A DNA stretch of 64,000 nucleotides from Candidatus Thorarchaeota archaeon (lineage in GTDB: Archaea > Asgardarchaeota > Thorarchaeia > Thorarchaeales > Thorarchaeaceae): assembly GCA_016933575.1 (NCBI GenBank), contig JAFGAR010000151.1, positions 1 through 64,000 on the forward strand. The letters are read 5' to 3'. The translations under genes and the position numbers were made by a program. Shown one piece after another: positions 29,107 to 39,459 of the stretch (the stretch's first letter is position 1; each line of letters begins with the position of its first letter). The notes under the pieces were generated by a model. It made no database searches. It was given only the letters and a program-made list of their open reading frames with translations, and was not told the DNA's origin.

Positions 29107-29610
29107 ATGAACGAAAAGACTAAGCATGATTCAGGTCTGGTAGGCATCAGTCCATGTTTCATTGGTCAGATTCTATTTATCTTGTTATGCGTAGTGCCTC
29201 TTGGCTTGTTCGCATCACTTGAGTATGTACATTGGTCTTGGATGTCAATAGTGCCAGTGTTCTATGGTCTCATCTGGACCTTCTTTTCCTATCGTGGTTT
29301 TTCATTGAATACTTATTGGCTCGATTCCGAGTTTCTCATGCACGCATTTCCAACCGTAATCTTCAACATAATCTATGTAGTCGTTATCTATGGATTCTAT
29401 GAGGGAATGATCTCACGCAGGAATACTGTATTAGCTGGAATTGCAAGTCTAGTAGTTCCGTTCCTCACATCGCTAGTGACAAATAACCTGTTTCTCACGA
29501 CTGGTGAGTATGTGGGTCCTTTGCCAATTCTGTTCTTATTGAGCCTAGTTCTCTTCTATAGAATTCCCGGTCCTGAATATGTTGAGGCGAGTGGGACGGA
29601 CAATGCATGA
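29107..29610 (+). CDS. Membrane protein, paralog of the next gene
   Basis: About 5 TM segments; shares G.SP..IG...PLG and P.PI...L.F...IPGPE with 29670-30311. Confidence 0.7.
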   Translation: MNEKTKHDSGLVGISPCFIGQILFILLCVVPLGLFASLEYVHWSWMSIVPVFYGLIWTFFSYRGFSLNTYWLDSEFLMHAFPTVIFNIIYVVVIYGFYEGMISRRNTVLAGIASLVVPFLTSLVTNNLFLTTGEYVGPLPILFLLSLVLFYRIPGPEYVEASGTDNA

Positions 29611-29669
29611 CTCCATCTATCGAATTGCTTATGAGTTTCCATGACAGGTTACTACAATGAGGGTATTCG

Positions 29670-30311
29670 GTGTCTGAAGATACTGATTCTGAGACCGAGC
29701 TTTATGGTACTAGTCCTTGGGTCATTGGTGAGCTGATGATCATCATCTCACTGATTACTCCCTTAGGATTTATACCTGGGAGTTACGATATAACGACTAG
29801 CGGTATCTCTTTGTATTCAAATTTCATGGTGTACAGTCTAATTTGGGTCTATAGCATGGATATCTTCTCTGGATACTTCATTGCAATTCATCCTGCTGTT
29901 CTCTACCTCACATTGCCTCTGAGTATATTCAACATTCTCTATATTCGCCAGATTGTCCGATATTACAAAGGAAAGAGTTCACGTTATAGTGCTGTCATGG
30001 CTGGGGTTCTTTCATTAATCGTGCCGACCTTCTTTTCACTTGTCATATCTTTTGTAAGTGCACCTCTTCAAAACATAACTTTCATAGTCCCTATACCAAT
30101 TCAATTCATTGCTGGACTTATCTTTCTCCATAAGATACCCGGACCAGAATTAATCTCACCATGGCCAGGAATCTTCAAAGATTATTCTTGGTGGATTCCT
30201 AAACGTCCAGAATGGTGGGATCGTTATTTCAGTTCAAAGAGTGAAGATGAGGAATCTCTCTCTTTGGCAGATGCGACCCGGTGGACTGAAGTAGAAGAAC
30301 AAGACCCGTAG
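29670..30311 (+). CDS. Membrane protein, paralog of the previous gene
   Basis: About 5 TM segments plus a Trp-rich, acidic tail. Confidence 0.7.
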   Translation: MSEDTDSETELYGTSPWVIGELMIIISLITPLGFIPGSYDITTSGISLYSNFMVYSLIWVYSMDIFSGYFIAIHPAVLYLTLPLSIFNILYIRQIVRYYKGKSSRYSAVMAGVLSLIVPTFFSLVISFVSAPLQNITFIVPIPIQFIAGLIFLHKIPGPELISPWPGIFKDYSWWIPKRPEWWDRYFSSKSEDEESLSLADATRWTEVEEQDP

Positions 30312-30385
30312 AGAAAGTATCAAAGCGAAGCACATAAGAACGGTCTAGTATTGACCTATACTAATTCTGGGAGTGCTTGGTAATC

Positions 30386-32104
30386 ATGGATATTACATTC
30401 AACATCGGTGGAGAAGCAGGTCAAGGTATTGATACTATTGGAGATCTACTTACTCAGGTTTTCGTCCAAGCTGGTTTCTATACCTTTACCATCAAAGACT
30501 TTGAGTCGCGAATTAGAGGCGGTTACAATTTTACACAGATTCGTGTGAGTGATATACCAATCTATGCCTCTGTGGAGCAAGTCGAAGTCATCGTTGCACT
30601 GACGAGAGATGCAGTCATCTGTCAGCGAGATCGCCTATCTGAGAGTGGGGTAATTATCTTTGATGAATCCGTTGAGTTTGATGACCTCGAAGCATGTCAT
30701 TTTCCAGCACCCCTTGAAAAGACTGCAAAAGAGGTTGGTGGTAATGTTCGAATGATGAATGCTGCAGCTCTTGGAGCTGTCCTTTCAGTCATTAATTTTC
30801 CATTTACTCTTGCAGAACAGGCTCTTTCAGATATCTTTGGTAGAAAGGGTGAGAAAGTAGTTTCAGGCAATGTGGAAGTAGCAAAAGCTCTGTATGATTT
30901 CACTAAGGAGAACTTTGTAGGAACCTGTAAGTATAACCTTGAAACCCTTGAAAAAGGCCCATCCAAAGATAAGCTTATCATCACAGGAAACACAGCATTG
31001 GCTCTTGGAGCAATTGCGGCGAATCTCAAATGGATATCTGCATATCCCATGAGTCCATCAACATCCACATTCCAAGACATCGTTTCACAGGCACATGACC
31101 TTAAGGTTGGCACTCTTCAGACAGAAGATGAACTCTCAGCTATTACAATGGCAATTGGAGCATCATATGCTGGAGCTCGTTCAATGGTGACGACATCAGG
31201 TGGAGGATTTTCTCTCATGGTTGAGGCTGTTGGTCTAGCTGCAATGGCAGAAACGCCAATAGTGATCTATAATGCTCAGAGACCTGGACCTAGTACTGGA
31301 CTTCCTACTCGAACTGAGCAATCTGATCTCCTGTTTATGGCCTTTTCAAGTCAAGGCGAGTTTCCTAGAATTCTCTTAGCTCCAAAGGACCCACAAGAAG
31401 GATTTGACGTGGCAACACGCGCTTTTAATTTGGCAGAGAAGTTTCAAGTCCCGGTTATGATTCTAGGTGATCAGTATTTTGCAGACTCTGCAATAAACAT
31501 CCCAAGAATCGATGTTTCATCTGTTACAATTGATAGAGGGAAGATAGCAAAATCTGGTAATGACTCAGAGTACAAGCGATACAAATTGACAGATGATGGA
31601 ATATCACCCAGAGCCTTTCCTGGTGATGAGGGAAAAGTGATTGTATCTTCTGGTAATGTTCATCGAGAGGATGGTCACATCACCGAATCTGCTGACATGA
31701 GGAATCTCATGGTTCAGAAATTCATGAACAAGATACCTGCAATCTTAGCGGATCTCAATCCTCCGACATTATACGGTGATGATAAAGCGGAAACTACGCT
31801 CTTGACATGGGGGTCAACTTGGGGCGCAGCTCATGAGGCTATGGAGCGACTCTCTAGTCAGGGCATATCAATCAACCATCTACATTTCTGCGATATTTTT
31901 CCGTTGAGAACTGAAAAACTGCACGAGGTATTAAAGAAGTCAAAACGTGTTATCTCTATTGAACAAAATGTGACATCTCAATTTGCATCTTTAGTTCGAA
32001 TGGAGACCGGTCTTGGAGTCACCTTGCATATCAACAAATATGATGGAAGACCTATGACACCCGGCTGGATCATTAACAAATTGAAGGAGGCTGGTTTGGT
32101 ATGA
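30386..32104 (+). CDS. korA: 2-oxoacid:ferredoxin oxidoreductase alpha subunit (gamma-alpha fused)
   Basis: GGEAGQGI, SRIRGG, YPMSPST, QTEDE, TSGGGFSLM, QRPGPSTGLPT, YDGRP. Confidence 0.92.
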   Translation: MDITFNIGGEAGQGIDTIGDLLTQVFVQAGFYTFTIKDFESRIRGGYNFTQIRVSDIPIYASVEQVEVIVALTRDAVICQRDRLSESGVIIFDESVEFDDLEACHFPAPLEKTAKEVGGNVRMMNAAALGAVLSVINFPFTLAEQALSDIFGRKGEKVVSGNVEVAKALYDFTKENFVGTCKYNLETLEKGPSKDKLIITGNTALALGAIAANLKWISAYPMSPSTSTFQDIVSQAHDLKVGTLQTEDELSAITMAIGASYAGARSMVTTSGGGFSLMVEAVGLAAMAETPIVIYNAQRPGPSTGLPTRTEQSDLLFMAFSSQGEFPRILLAPKDPQEGFDVATRAFNLAEKFQVPVMILGDQYFADSAINIPRIDVSSVTIDRGKIAKSGNDSEYKRYKLTDDGISPRAFPGDEGKVIVSSGNVHREDGHITESADMRNLMVQKFMNKIPAILADLNPPTLYGDDKAETTLLTWGSTWGAAHEAMERLSSQGISINHLHFCDIFPLRTEKLHEVLKKSKRVISIEQNVTSQFASLVRMETGLGVTLHINKYDGRPMTPGWIINKLKEAGLV

Positions 32105-32970
32105 TTTCACCAGAAATTCTCGAAGGGCCTCAAAAAATCACGTGGTGTACCGGCTGTGGCAACTTCGGTATTCTAGCAGCTCTGAAGAAAGTAGTAACTG
32201 AGCTGGATGAACCTTTGCACAATTATGTCTTGACATCAGGTATCGGATGTTCCGGTAAAATACCTCATTATATTGGAGGAATGAATAGCTACCATACTCT
32301 CCATGGAAGACCAATTCCTATTGCCACAGGCATTCATTTGGCAAATACCGATTTGAAAGTGATAGTTCACACTGGCGATGGCGATTGCTTAGCAGAAGGT
32401 CTCGGTCACTTTATACATGCTGCACGCCGGAATGTCAATATCTCTGTCTTCATTCATAACAATGGTGTTAATGGTCTTACCAAAGGGCAGTTCTCACCTT
32501 CTTCCCCTAGGGGCTATGTATCAAAGACTTCACCGCCTCCACCAGGTTCTCCCATGGACCCAGTCAATCCAGCAGCACAGGCTATTACAGCAGGAGCAAC
32601 CTTCGTTGCTCGTGGATTCTCTGGAGACCAAAAACAACTCGTCGATTTGATGAAGCAGGCAATTGATCATAAAGGATTTGCAGTGCTTGACATCCTGCAA
32701 CCGTGTGTAACTTGGAATCGTCAGCTCACATGGAAATTCTACAATGAACATACCTACTCTCTCCAAGAGAATGGTCATGATATAACAGACAAGTCACAAG
32801 CTCTTGAAAAGGCGATGGAGAATGGTGACCGTTATCCAATTGGTGTCTTCTATCAAGTCGAAAAAATCGACTTGGCATCAGGACTTGCAATGCCTAGCAT
32901 AGGCGTTCTCAAGGACCACACAACCAATCTGAAAGATGTTCAACAGATAATTGATGATATGATGTTGTAG
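32101..32970 (+). CDS. korB: 2-oxoacid:ferredoxin oxidoreductase beta subunit
   Basis: WCTGCGN, SGIGCS, LHGR, GDGD...HNN (TPP binding), QPCVT; overlaps the korA stop. Confidence 0.92.
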   Translation: MISPEILEGPQKITWCTGCGNFGILAALKKVVTELDEPLHNYVLTSGIGCSGKIPHYIGGMNSYHTLHGRPIPIATGIHLANTDLKVIVHTGDGDCLAEGLGHFIHAARRNVNISVFIHNNGVNGLTKGQFSPSSPRGYVSKTSPPPPGSPMDPVNPAAQAITAGATFVARGFSGDQKQLVDLMKQAIDHKGFAVLDILQPCVTWNRQLTWKFYNEHTYSLQENGHDITDKSQALEKAMENGDRYPIGVFYQVEKIDLASGLAMPSIGVLKDHTTNLKDVQQIIDDMML

Positions 32971-33000
32971 AGATTAGTCAATCCAACTCAGCAGTAAGAG

Positions 33001-34398
33001 ATGATTCGGATGGCAAAGACAAGGAGAGAGAAGGACTCCATTGGAGAATTGGATGTTCCTCTCGATGTATATTGGGGAATCAACACGCAGAGAGCAATTA
33101 TGAACTTCAAAATCAGTGGACGAACGTTTCCAAGAGAGTTCATCATCGCTCTTGTGCAGGTAAAACGCGCCTGTTTGACAGCAAATATTGCTGCCAAGAA
33201 GGTAGACAAGAAACTTGGTATCGCTATTGGTACTGCAATAGACGAGATACTGAATGAAGGAAAATATTTGGACCAATTTCCAATTGATATCTTCCAGACT
33301 GGTTCTGGAACTCAAACGAATGTCAATATGAATGAAGTGCTAAGTAATAGAGCAAATGAGATTCTAGGAGAACCTCGTGGAACCAAGTCTCCTGTTCATC
33401 CCAATGATGCTGTCAATGCCTCACAATCATCAAATGACGTGATTCCAACTGCAATGTGTATCTCTGCCCTAAATGTAATTCATGACTCGCTCTTGGGACC
33501 AATAGAGCGGCTCAGGAGAGCCCTGAATGCAAAAATCAAGGAATTCCAAAATGTAGTCAAGGTAGGAAGAACCCATCTCCAAGATGCAGTGCCTATCAAG
33601 CTGTCAACAGAATTTTCAGTATACAAGGCTCAGTTAGAGACTTTTGTTTCCAATGATCTTAGACCTGCAATGGAGACTCTCTCTGTCTTACCGATTGGAG
33701 GCACTGCTTTAGGTACAGGGCTTAATACGCCTAAAGGATATGCTGAGCAAGTTGTACGAGAGCTATGCAAAATCACAGGTCTTAATCTCGTAAGCAACCC
33801 AGTGAAAGCTGAAGGTATTGCATCTCATAGCGCTATAGTCAGAGCAAGCACAGCCCTACGGATTCTTGCTCTTGCTTGCATGAAGATGGCAAATGATATT
33901 CGATGGATGGGTAGTGGCCCTCGGGCTGGGCTTAGCGAACTCATTCTTCCTGAAAATGAACCTGGATCGTCTATTATGCCTGGAAAAGTAAATCCAACCC
34001 AGTCAGAAGCTCTCATTCAGGTCTGTTTACAGGTAATCGGGAATGATGCAACAATTGCAGCAGCAGAAGGTTTTGGAAGCATCCTAGATCTCAATGTATG
34101 TAAACCGGTAATGATTGTGAATCTCTTAGATTCAATAAAGATCCTTGGCGGAGGTATTGATTCTTTCACACAACACTGTATCAAGGGGCTCAAGGTTAAT
34201 CACCAGCACATTGCTAAACAATTGGAACGAAGTCTAATGCTAGTAACAAAACTCTCCCCAATCATTGGATATGATCGAGCATCTGCTGTTGCAAAACGTG
34301 CACATTCTGAGAATAAGACAATAAAGGAAGTCGTCATTGAAGAAGGCATTGAGATTGATAATCTAGATGAACTGCTGGACCCGTCCACAATGGTCTAG
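33001..34398 (+). CDS. fumC: Class II fumarate hydratase
   Basis: QTGSGT, HPND, SSND, GRTHLQDA, GSSIMPGKVNP. Confidence 0.9.
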   Translation: MIRMAKTRREKDSIGELDVPLDVYWGINTQRAIMNFKISGRTFPREFIIALVQVKRACLTANIAAKKVDKKLGIAIGTAIDEILNEGKYLDQFPIDIFQTGSGTQTNVNMNEVLSNRANEILGEPRGTKSPVHPNDAVNASQSSNDVIPTAMCISALNVIHDSLLGPIERLRRALNAKIKEFQNVVKVGRTHLQDAVPIKLSTEFSVYKAQLETFVSNDLRPAMETLSVLPIGGTALGTGLNTPKGYAEQVVRELCKITGLNLVSNPVKAEGIASHSAIVRASTALRILALACMKMANDIRWMGSGPRAGLSELILPENEPGSSIMPGKVNPTQSEALIQVCLQVIGNDATIAAAEGFGSILDLNVCKPVMIVNLLDSIKILGGGIDSFTQHCIKGLKVNHQHIAKQLERSLMLVTKLSPIIGYDRASAVAKRAHSENKTIKEVVIEEGIEIDNLDELLDPSTMV

Positions 34399-34434
34399 GG
34401 AACAGAATATAACCAAAGAAAACAATAGAAAGAA

Positions 34435-36132
34435 TTGAGGTGGCTTACGATTAATCTTAAGAAACATGATGTACTCATTGTTGGCGCTGGCCTCTCTGGA
34501 CTTAGAGTAGCTATCGAGCTGGCTGGTGACTTTGATGTAGCTGTCCTCACTAAGGTACATCCACTACGCTCTCATTCTGTTGCTGCACAGGGCGGCATCA
34601 ATGCTGCACTCGGTGCTGATGATTCCTATGAACAACATGCTTTTGATACTGTGAAAGGATCGGATTATCTTGCTGACCAGGATGCTGTCGAGCTACTGAC
34701 CCAAGCAGCACCTCGTGCAGTGATTGAAAATGAAAGGTGGGGAACTGCATTCTCACGGACCGAAGACGGTAGGATTGCTCAACGACCCTTTGGAGGTGCT
34801 ATGTATCCACGAACATGCTACGCAGCAGATCGGACAGGTCATAATCTACTTCACACGACTTTTGAACAGGCACTGCGGGTTGGTGTTAAATTCTACAATG
34901 AGTGGTTTGTCACTTCACTAGTTAGAGCTGGTGAGGCTGTCTGTGGATTGACTGCTTTGGATATTGCTACTGGTGAGATACATGGTTTTGTTGGAAAGAC
35001 TGTCGTTATTGCCACAGGTGGATTTGGACGCGTCTATAGTCATTCTACTAATGCATTGATTAACACAGGCGATGGATGTGCCCTTGCATTTCGTATTGGC
35101 ACTCCACTCAAGGACATGGAATTTGTCCAGTTCCATCCAACAACACTCTATGGCTCAAGCATCCTGATGAGTGAAGGAGCGCGCGGAGAGGGTGGATATC
35201 TTGTGAACTCCCAGGGTGAGCGATTTATGCAAAAGTATGCCCCAGAGAAGATGGAACTTGCCCCACGTGATATCGTTGCACGAGCAATTAAGACGGAGAT
35301 TAATGAAGGTCGGGGAATTAATGATGAATATGTCCACCTTGATCTTCGACATCTAGGAAGAGAGAAGATACTTGAACGTCTGCCTGGTATTAGAGAGATA
35401 GCAATGTATTTTGCAGGTGTTGATCCAATTGATGAGCCAATTCCAATACGACCTGGCCAACACTATTCAATGGGCGGCATTCATTGCAACAAGTATGGCA
35501 TGACTCCCATAACAGGTCTTTTTGCAGTGGGAGAAACTGCATGTATGAGTGTACATGGTGCAAATCGATTAGGCGGAAATTCATTGCTTGAAACCTTAGT
35601 ATTTGGGAGATTGGTTGGCCAGAAGGTAGCTGAGACATTGCCTACACTGCAAGAACCTGACAGTACCTGTGTTGATTCTGAGGCATTCAACATGAGAGAA
35701 CGGCTGCAGTTGCTCATGTTAAAGGAGACCGGTGAATCCTATTCCGAGATTCGCGAAGTGTTAGGAACCACTATGGATAATCTCGTTGGTGTATTTCGTA
35801 AGGAAGAAGATCTTACTGCTGCCTTGAAGATGATACGTGAGTTGAAGGCGCGATTCAAGAATGTCTATGGCGGTCCTACTGACAAGGCATTCAATTATTC
35901 ACTAATCCGCCTCCTTGAACTCGAAAATATGCTTGACCTCGCAGAAGTAATAACCATGGGTGCGCTCATGCGGCGGGAAAGTCGTGGGGCTCATTGGCGA
36001 CTTGACTATCCAGAACGTGATGATACCAACTTTCTGAAGCATTCTCTCTTTACAAAAATTAAGGATTATGTCAAGACAGAATTCATACCAGTTAATCTAG
36101 GAATCTTCGAGGTGAAGGAGAGAACCTACTAA
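34435..36132 (+). CDS. sdhA: Succinate dehydrogenase/fumarate reductase flavoprotein
   Basis: GAGLSG, RSHSVAAQGG (FAD-linked His), QFHPT, SEGARGEGG, HYSMGG, HGANRLGGNS, ESRGAH. Confidence 0.93.
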   Translation: MRWLTINLKKHDVLIVGAGLSGLRVAIELAGDFDVAVLTKVHPLRSHSVAAQGGINAALGADDSYEQHAFDTVKGSDYLADQDAVELLTQAAPRAVIENERWGTAFSRTEDGRIAQRPFGGAMYPRTCYAADRTGHNLLHTTFEQALRVGVKFYNEWFVTSLVRAGEAVCGLTALDIATGEIHGFVGKTVVIATGGFGRVYSHSTNALINTGDGCALAFRIGTPLKDMEFVQFHPTTLYGSSILMSEGARGEGGYLVNSQGERFMQKYAPEKMELAPRDIVARAIKTEINEGRGINDEYVHLDLRHLGREKILERLPGIREIAMYFAGVDPIDEPIPIRPGQHYSMGGIHCNKYGMTPITGLFAVGETACMSVHGANRLGGNSLLETLVFGRLVGQKVAETLPTLQEPDSTCVDSEAFNMRERLQLLMLKETGESYSEIREVLGTTMDNLVGVFRKEEDLTAALKMIRELKARFKNVYGGPTDKAFNYSLIRLLELENMLDLAEVITMGALMRRESRGAHWRLDYPERDDTNFLKHSLFTKIKDYVKTEFIPVNLGIFEVKERTY

Positions 36133-36863
36133 TGAAACTAAGAATAGCACGTAGTAGAATGGGCGGGAAAATCAGTCATTACGACCTTTACAAGATCGAT
36201 GTAAAGAAAGGTATGACCATCCTCGATGCTCTGTTTCAGATACAGGATAAGATGGACCCATCCCTGTCTTTCAGATATTCATGCAGAGGTGCCGTCTGCG
36301 GCAGTTGTTCCATGTTAATCAATAAGGTGCCGCGTCTTGCCTGCAGGACTCAAGTAAAGGAGGTCCAGAAGGATGGGATTGACCTGAAACCATTTCCTGC
36401 CCTTACAAACATACCCACTGGTTGGAATCCTGAGGAAGAAATACTAATCGAGCCTTTGCCCAATATGTCCATTATGAAGGATCTCGTCGTTGATATGAGA
36501 AAATTCTATCGAGCTCTTGAGACCATGAAGCTATGGGTAGAGCCTCAGGAAGGCGAGACTGCTCAAGTACAAACCCCTTCAGATAGACGAAGAATCGATC
36601 GTTATGTGAATTGCATCCTCTGTGCTATCTGTTTTGGCTCATGCCCAGTAAACGCTCAAGAGCCTGAATATATTGGTCCTGCTGCCCTAGCTAAGGCTTG
36701 GCGTTTCGCAGAGGACAACCGTGTCAAGAATCCTGAGCGTTACATTGATGCTGCAAGCGTTCTGAATGGAGTTCCACTCTGTGACCTTGTTATGAATTGC
36801 GTGAAAGTATGCCCAAAAGGTGTAGCGCCTGGAGGTGCAATTCGAAGGATCAAGAACATCTAA
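36132..36863 (+). CDS. sdhB: Succinate dehydrogenase/fumarate reductase iron-sulfur subunit
   Basis: CRGAVCGSC...C, CILCAICFGSCP, CDLVMNCVKVCP. Confidence 0.92.
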   Translation: MKLRIARSRMGGKISHYDLYKIDVKKGMTILDALFQIQDKMDPSLSFRYSCRGAVCGSCSMLINKVPRLACRTQVKEVQKDGIDLKPFPALTNIPTGWNPEEEILIEPLPNMSIMKDLVVDMRKFYRALETMKLWVEPQEGETAQVQTPSDRRRIDRYVNCILCAICFGSCPVNAQEPEYIGPAALAKAWRFAEDNRVKNPERYIDAASVLNGVPLCDLVMNCVKVCPKGVAPGGAIRRIKNI

Positions 36864-36991
36864 GATCATCCTTTGAAATATGACAGAATGAGTAATCTCT
36901 CAATTTCGATGTGCAAGATTTCTCTCAACGTATATATTATATCGTAATGTGTACTCTCTGAATATATCAGCAACGTGGAGAGGAGCCTTCA

Positions 36992-38086
36992 GTGAGTATC
37001 CAGGAAGATAAGAGAGTCATAAAACCCAGCAAGATGTCAGAGCGATATGCTCGGTGGTTTGGTACAAGGGTTCCCTCAACATCTTTGATGTTCAGATGTG
37101 TTGTGATATTTTTCCTGTCAATACTCTGGTCTCTTGCAATCATTTTCCTATTTCCTCTCCTCTTAGCGAATATCATGATTGTCTTCCTGATCTCTTTGGC
37201 TCTGGGTTTTGCGATTTACATTCTCTTTCTTTCACTTATCCGCAGCAGATTGCAGTCTACTATAGTCTATCAGGGATTCACTGAGATTGTTGAATCGTGC
37301 CATGAACGGATTGGAAGCTATGGAACTGTTGAAGTATGGATTCGTCCAAGTAATGAAGCATATATCACTTCTACTTACAACTTGCTCTTTGAAGCAGTTA
37401 TTGTATCTGATAAGATGGTCGAGCTAATTCTTGCTATGCCTCAAAGTGGTGAAGCAATGCTTGGATATCACCTGCTTAGAATGCCTAAAAGTAAGCCGGT
37501 ATTCGATATTCTCGCAGGCGCGCTAACGTTTGGTGTTTCTTCAGCTCTCATAGTGTATTTTCTAGGAAGTCTGTCCACTTTCTACTATCCTTATGGTTAC
37601 CTCACCTATGCGTTACTGATTGGAGGTGCACTACCAATACTATTCATTATTCCTGTAGGAGCTTTACTTGCGTTAAGAGGAGCCTTCTGGACTCATGAGT
37701 CAGCATTTGAGCGCGCTCAGGGAATGTATAAAACACATCCTCAGGTAGCAAAAGACGAAGTTCTGTCTAGCCGGAAACTCGATGAAGATACTGAAAAGGC
37801 TACAGTATGGATGGTGAAACAATGGGAGACAGGGAAAAGGTCAGGTCGTCGATCTAGTGTCTCTATTCTAACCCTGTTATGTACGTTCATGCCATCTTTC
37901 TATATTCTATCTCTAATGGGTTGGCCATATGGATATTTGCCACCAAACATACTTTTCTTCCTCATAGGGTACCCCTTTGTCTTAGCTATAGTATTTTTTA
38001 TAGTCCTTAGAACTTGGGATAAAAAATGCATGGGTGAACTCTATTATGAAACTACACAAGCTCATGAGCCAGTCTGGGTTGACTGA
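36992..38086 (+). CDS. Multi-TM membrane protein, HtpX/M48-like but lacking HExxH
   Basis: About 6 TM segments with an M48-like motif order; GYHLLR stands where AHELGH is expected. Confidence 0.5.
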   Translation: MSIQEDKRVIKPSKMSERYARWFGTRVPSTSLMFRCVVIFFLSILWSLAIIFLFPLLLANIMIVFLISLALGFAIYILFLSLIRSRLQSTIVYQGFTEIVESCHERIGSYGTVEVWIRPSNEAYITSTYNLLFEAVIVSDKMVELILAMPQSGEAMLGYHLLRMPKSKPVFDILAGALTFGVSSALIVYFLGSLSTFYYPYGYLTYALLIGGALPILFIIPVGALLALRGAFWTHESAFERAQGMYKTHPQVAKDEVLSSRKLDEDTEKATVWMVKQWETGKRSGRRSSVSILTLLCTFMPSFYILSLMGWPYGYLPPNILFFLIGYPFVLAIVFFIVLRTWDKKCMGELYYETTQAHEPVWVD

Positions 38087-38097
38087 TTGCGAACCTT

Positions 38098-38316
38098 TCA
38101 AGCTCCACCATATTGGCGCAATCTTGCCATGGTTTCTGCATAGTCCTCAGATTCACCATCAAAGAAAGCTGCATCATATGCTTTGGATTGGAAGAGCTTC
38201 TCACCTTTGGACACTTCAACATCAGATCTAGGTCGTCCATACAATCCTCCCAATCGTGCAAGAGTGTAAAGTATGACTAGTCCCCAGAATACTATCATGA
38301 TCAATATCTCAATCAC
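38098..38316 (-). CDS. Small single-TM protein, paralog of 53802-54026
   Basis: N-terminal TM; EKLF.SK..D..FFDGESEDYA shared with 53802-54026; GGAGG-like RBS upstream. Confidence 0.75.
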   Translation of the reverse strand: MIEILIMIVFWGLVILYTLARLGGLYGRPRSDVEVSKGEKLFQSKAYDAAFFDGESEDYAETMARLRQYGGA

Positions 38317-38421
38317 TATGGAACCTCCAGCTAGTTTCCAAGTATATCTTGTCGTTTAAGCCTTATACACATTTGTATCTCGATATCCATTATAGTTCTA
38401 CTGCAGCTAATTAGATTGTTA

Positions 38422-39459
38422 TCATCTGGGCGTTATAGTCAAGAATTTCCCTGTCATCTCAAGTTTTTCAATTCTCTCTTTAGCAACTTCAATTGCAGAA
38501 GCAGACAGATCACATAGTATCCACCGTCGTCTTAAGGATGCTGCAGCAATTGCTGTTGTTCCAGATCCTGCAAAGAAATCACCAACTAGATCACCGGACT
38601 CAGAGGCTGATTGAATGATACGTTCGAGGAGTGCCACTGGTTTCTGTGTAAGAAAACCTGTGTATTCTTTGGATTTTCCCTGAACAGGTGCAATATCAAA
38701 CCAAAGATCTGACACTGGAATTCCTAGAGTATCATCAAGGTACTGTTTCTTTGTGTATCTCCCATTGCGGCTTCTATAGATGAGATCTTCTCTCCACCAT
38801 TTCTCCAATGTTTCTTTTCTATAGAGATATGGTGCTGTTCTCCCTCTCCATTCAAACTGTTTTCTATTCTCACTTCTCTGAATACCCTGTGCTTCAATCT
38901 CTATAAGTCTGAATCTCCCACGATCATCTTTGTAGCTATATGGTCGCTTTGATCTTTCATCATGTTTTCTATATACTGAATTCGTCTGGAATTTTTCAGA
39001 ATCAAGTGCATAGAGAAGTATCACATCATGTTGTGCTCCAAATCCTTTACTCTGGGTCTTTGGACTATTCGTGCGTGTCCATACAATCTCATTCACAAAA
39101 TTCTCGTAACCAAATATTCCATCTAGTAAGACCTTTACATAATGTGATACATGCCAGTCAAGATGAACCCAGAGACTACCATTCTCTGTTAACAGGTCCT
39201 TCATTACTGTCAATCTAGGTCTCATAAACTCCAGATACTCATCTATACTTGCCCACTTGTCGTTATACGTTTCAATATCCGAAACAATGGCTGAACTCTC
39301 AGCATCTCCATCAACCCTTGTCTTCTTCGTGTAGATTGTTCCTGATAGAAACGGTGGGTCTATGTAGATTTGGCGGAACTCACCCCTCAGGTCCATTAGC
39401 TCTTCCTGTATGAGTGTAAGGCAATCACAGTTGTAAAGTCGATTCTGCCATCTCCGCAT
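38422..39459 (-). CDS. Site-specific DNA methyltransferase (N6A/N4C, beta class, Mod-like), orphan
   Basis: IYIDPPF motif IV before TQKP and DFFAGSGTT motif I. Confidence 0.9.
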   Translation of the reverse strand: MRRWQNRLYNCDCLTLIQEELMDLRGEFRQIYIDPPFLSGTIYTKKTRVDGDAESSAIVSDIETYNDKWASIDEYLEFMRPRLTVMKDLLTENGSLWVHLDWHVSHYVKVLLDGIFGYENFVNEIVWTRTNSPKTQSKGFGAQHDVILLYALDSEKFQTNSVYRKHDERSKRPYSYKDDRGRFRLIEIEAQGIQRSENRKQFEWRGRTAPYLYRKETLEKWWREDLIYRSRNGRYTKKQYLDDTLGIPVSDLWFDIAPVQGKSKEYTGFLTQKPVALLERIIQSASESGDLVGDFFAGSGTTAIAAASLRRRWILCDLSASAIEVAKERIEKLEMTGKFLTITPR

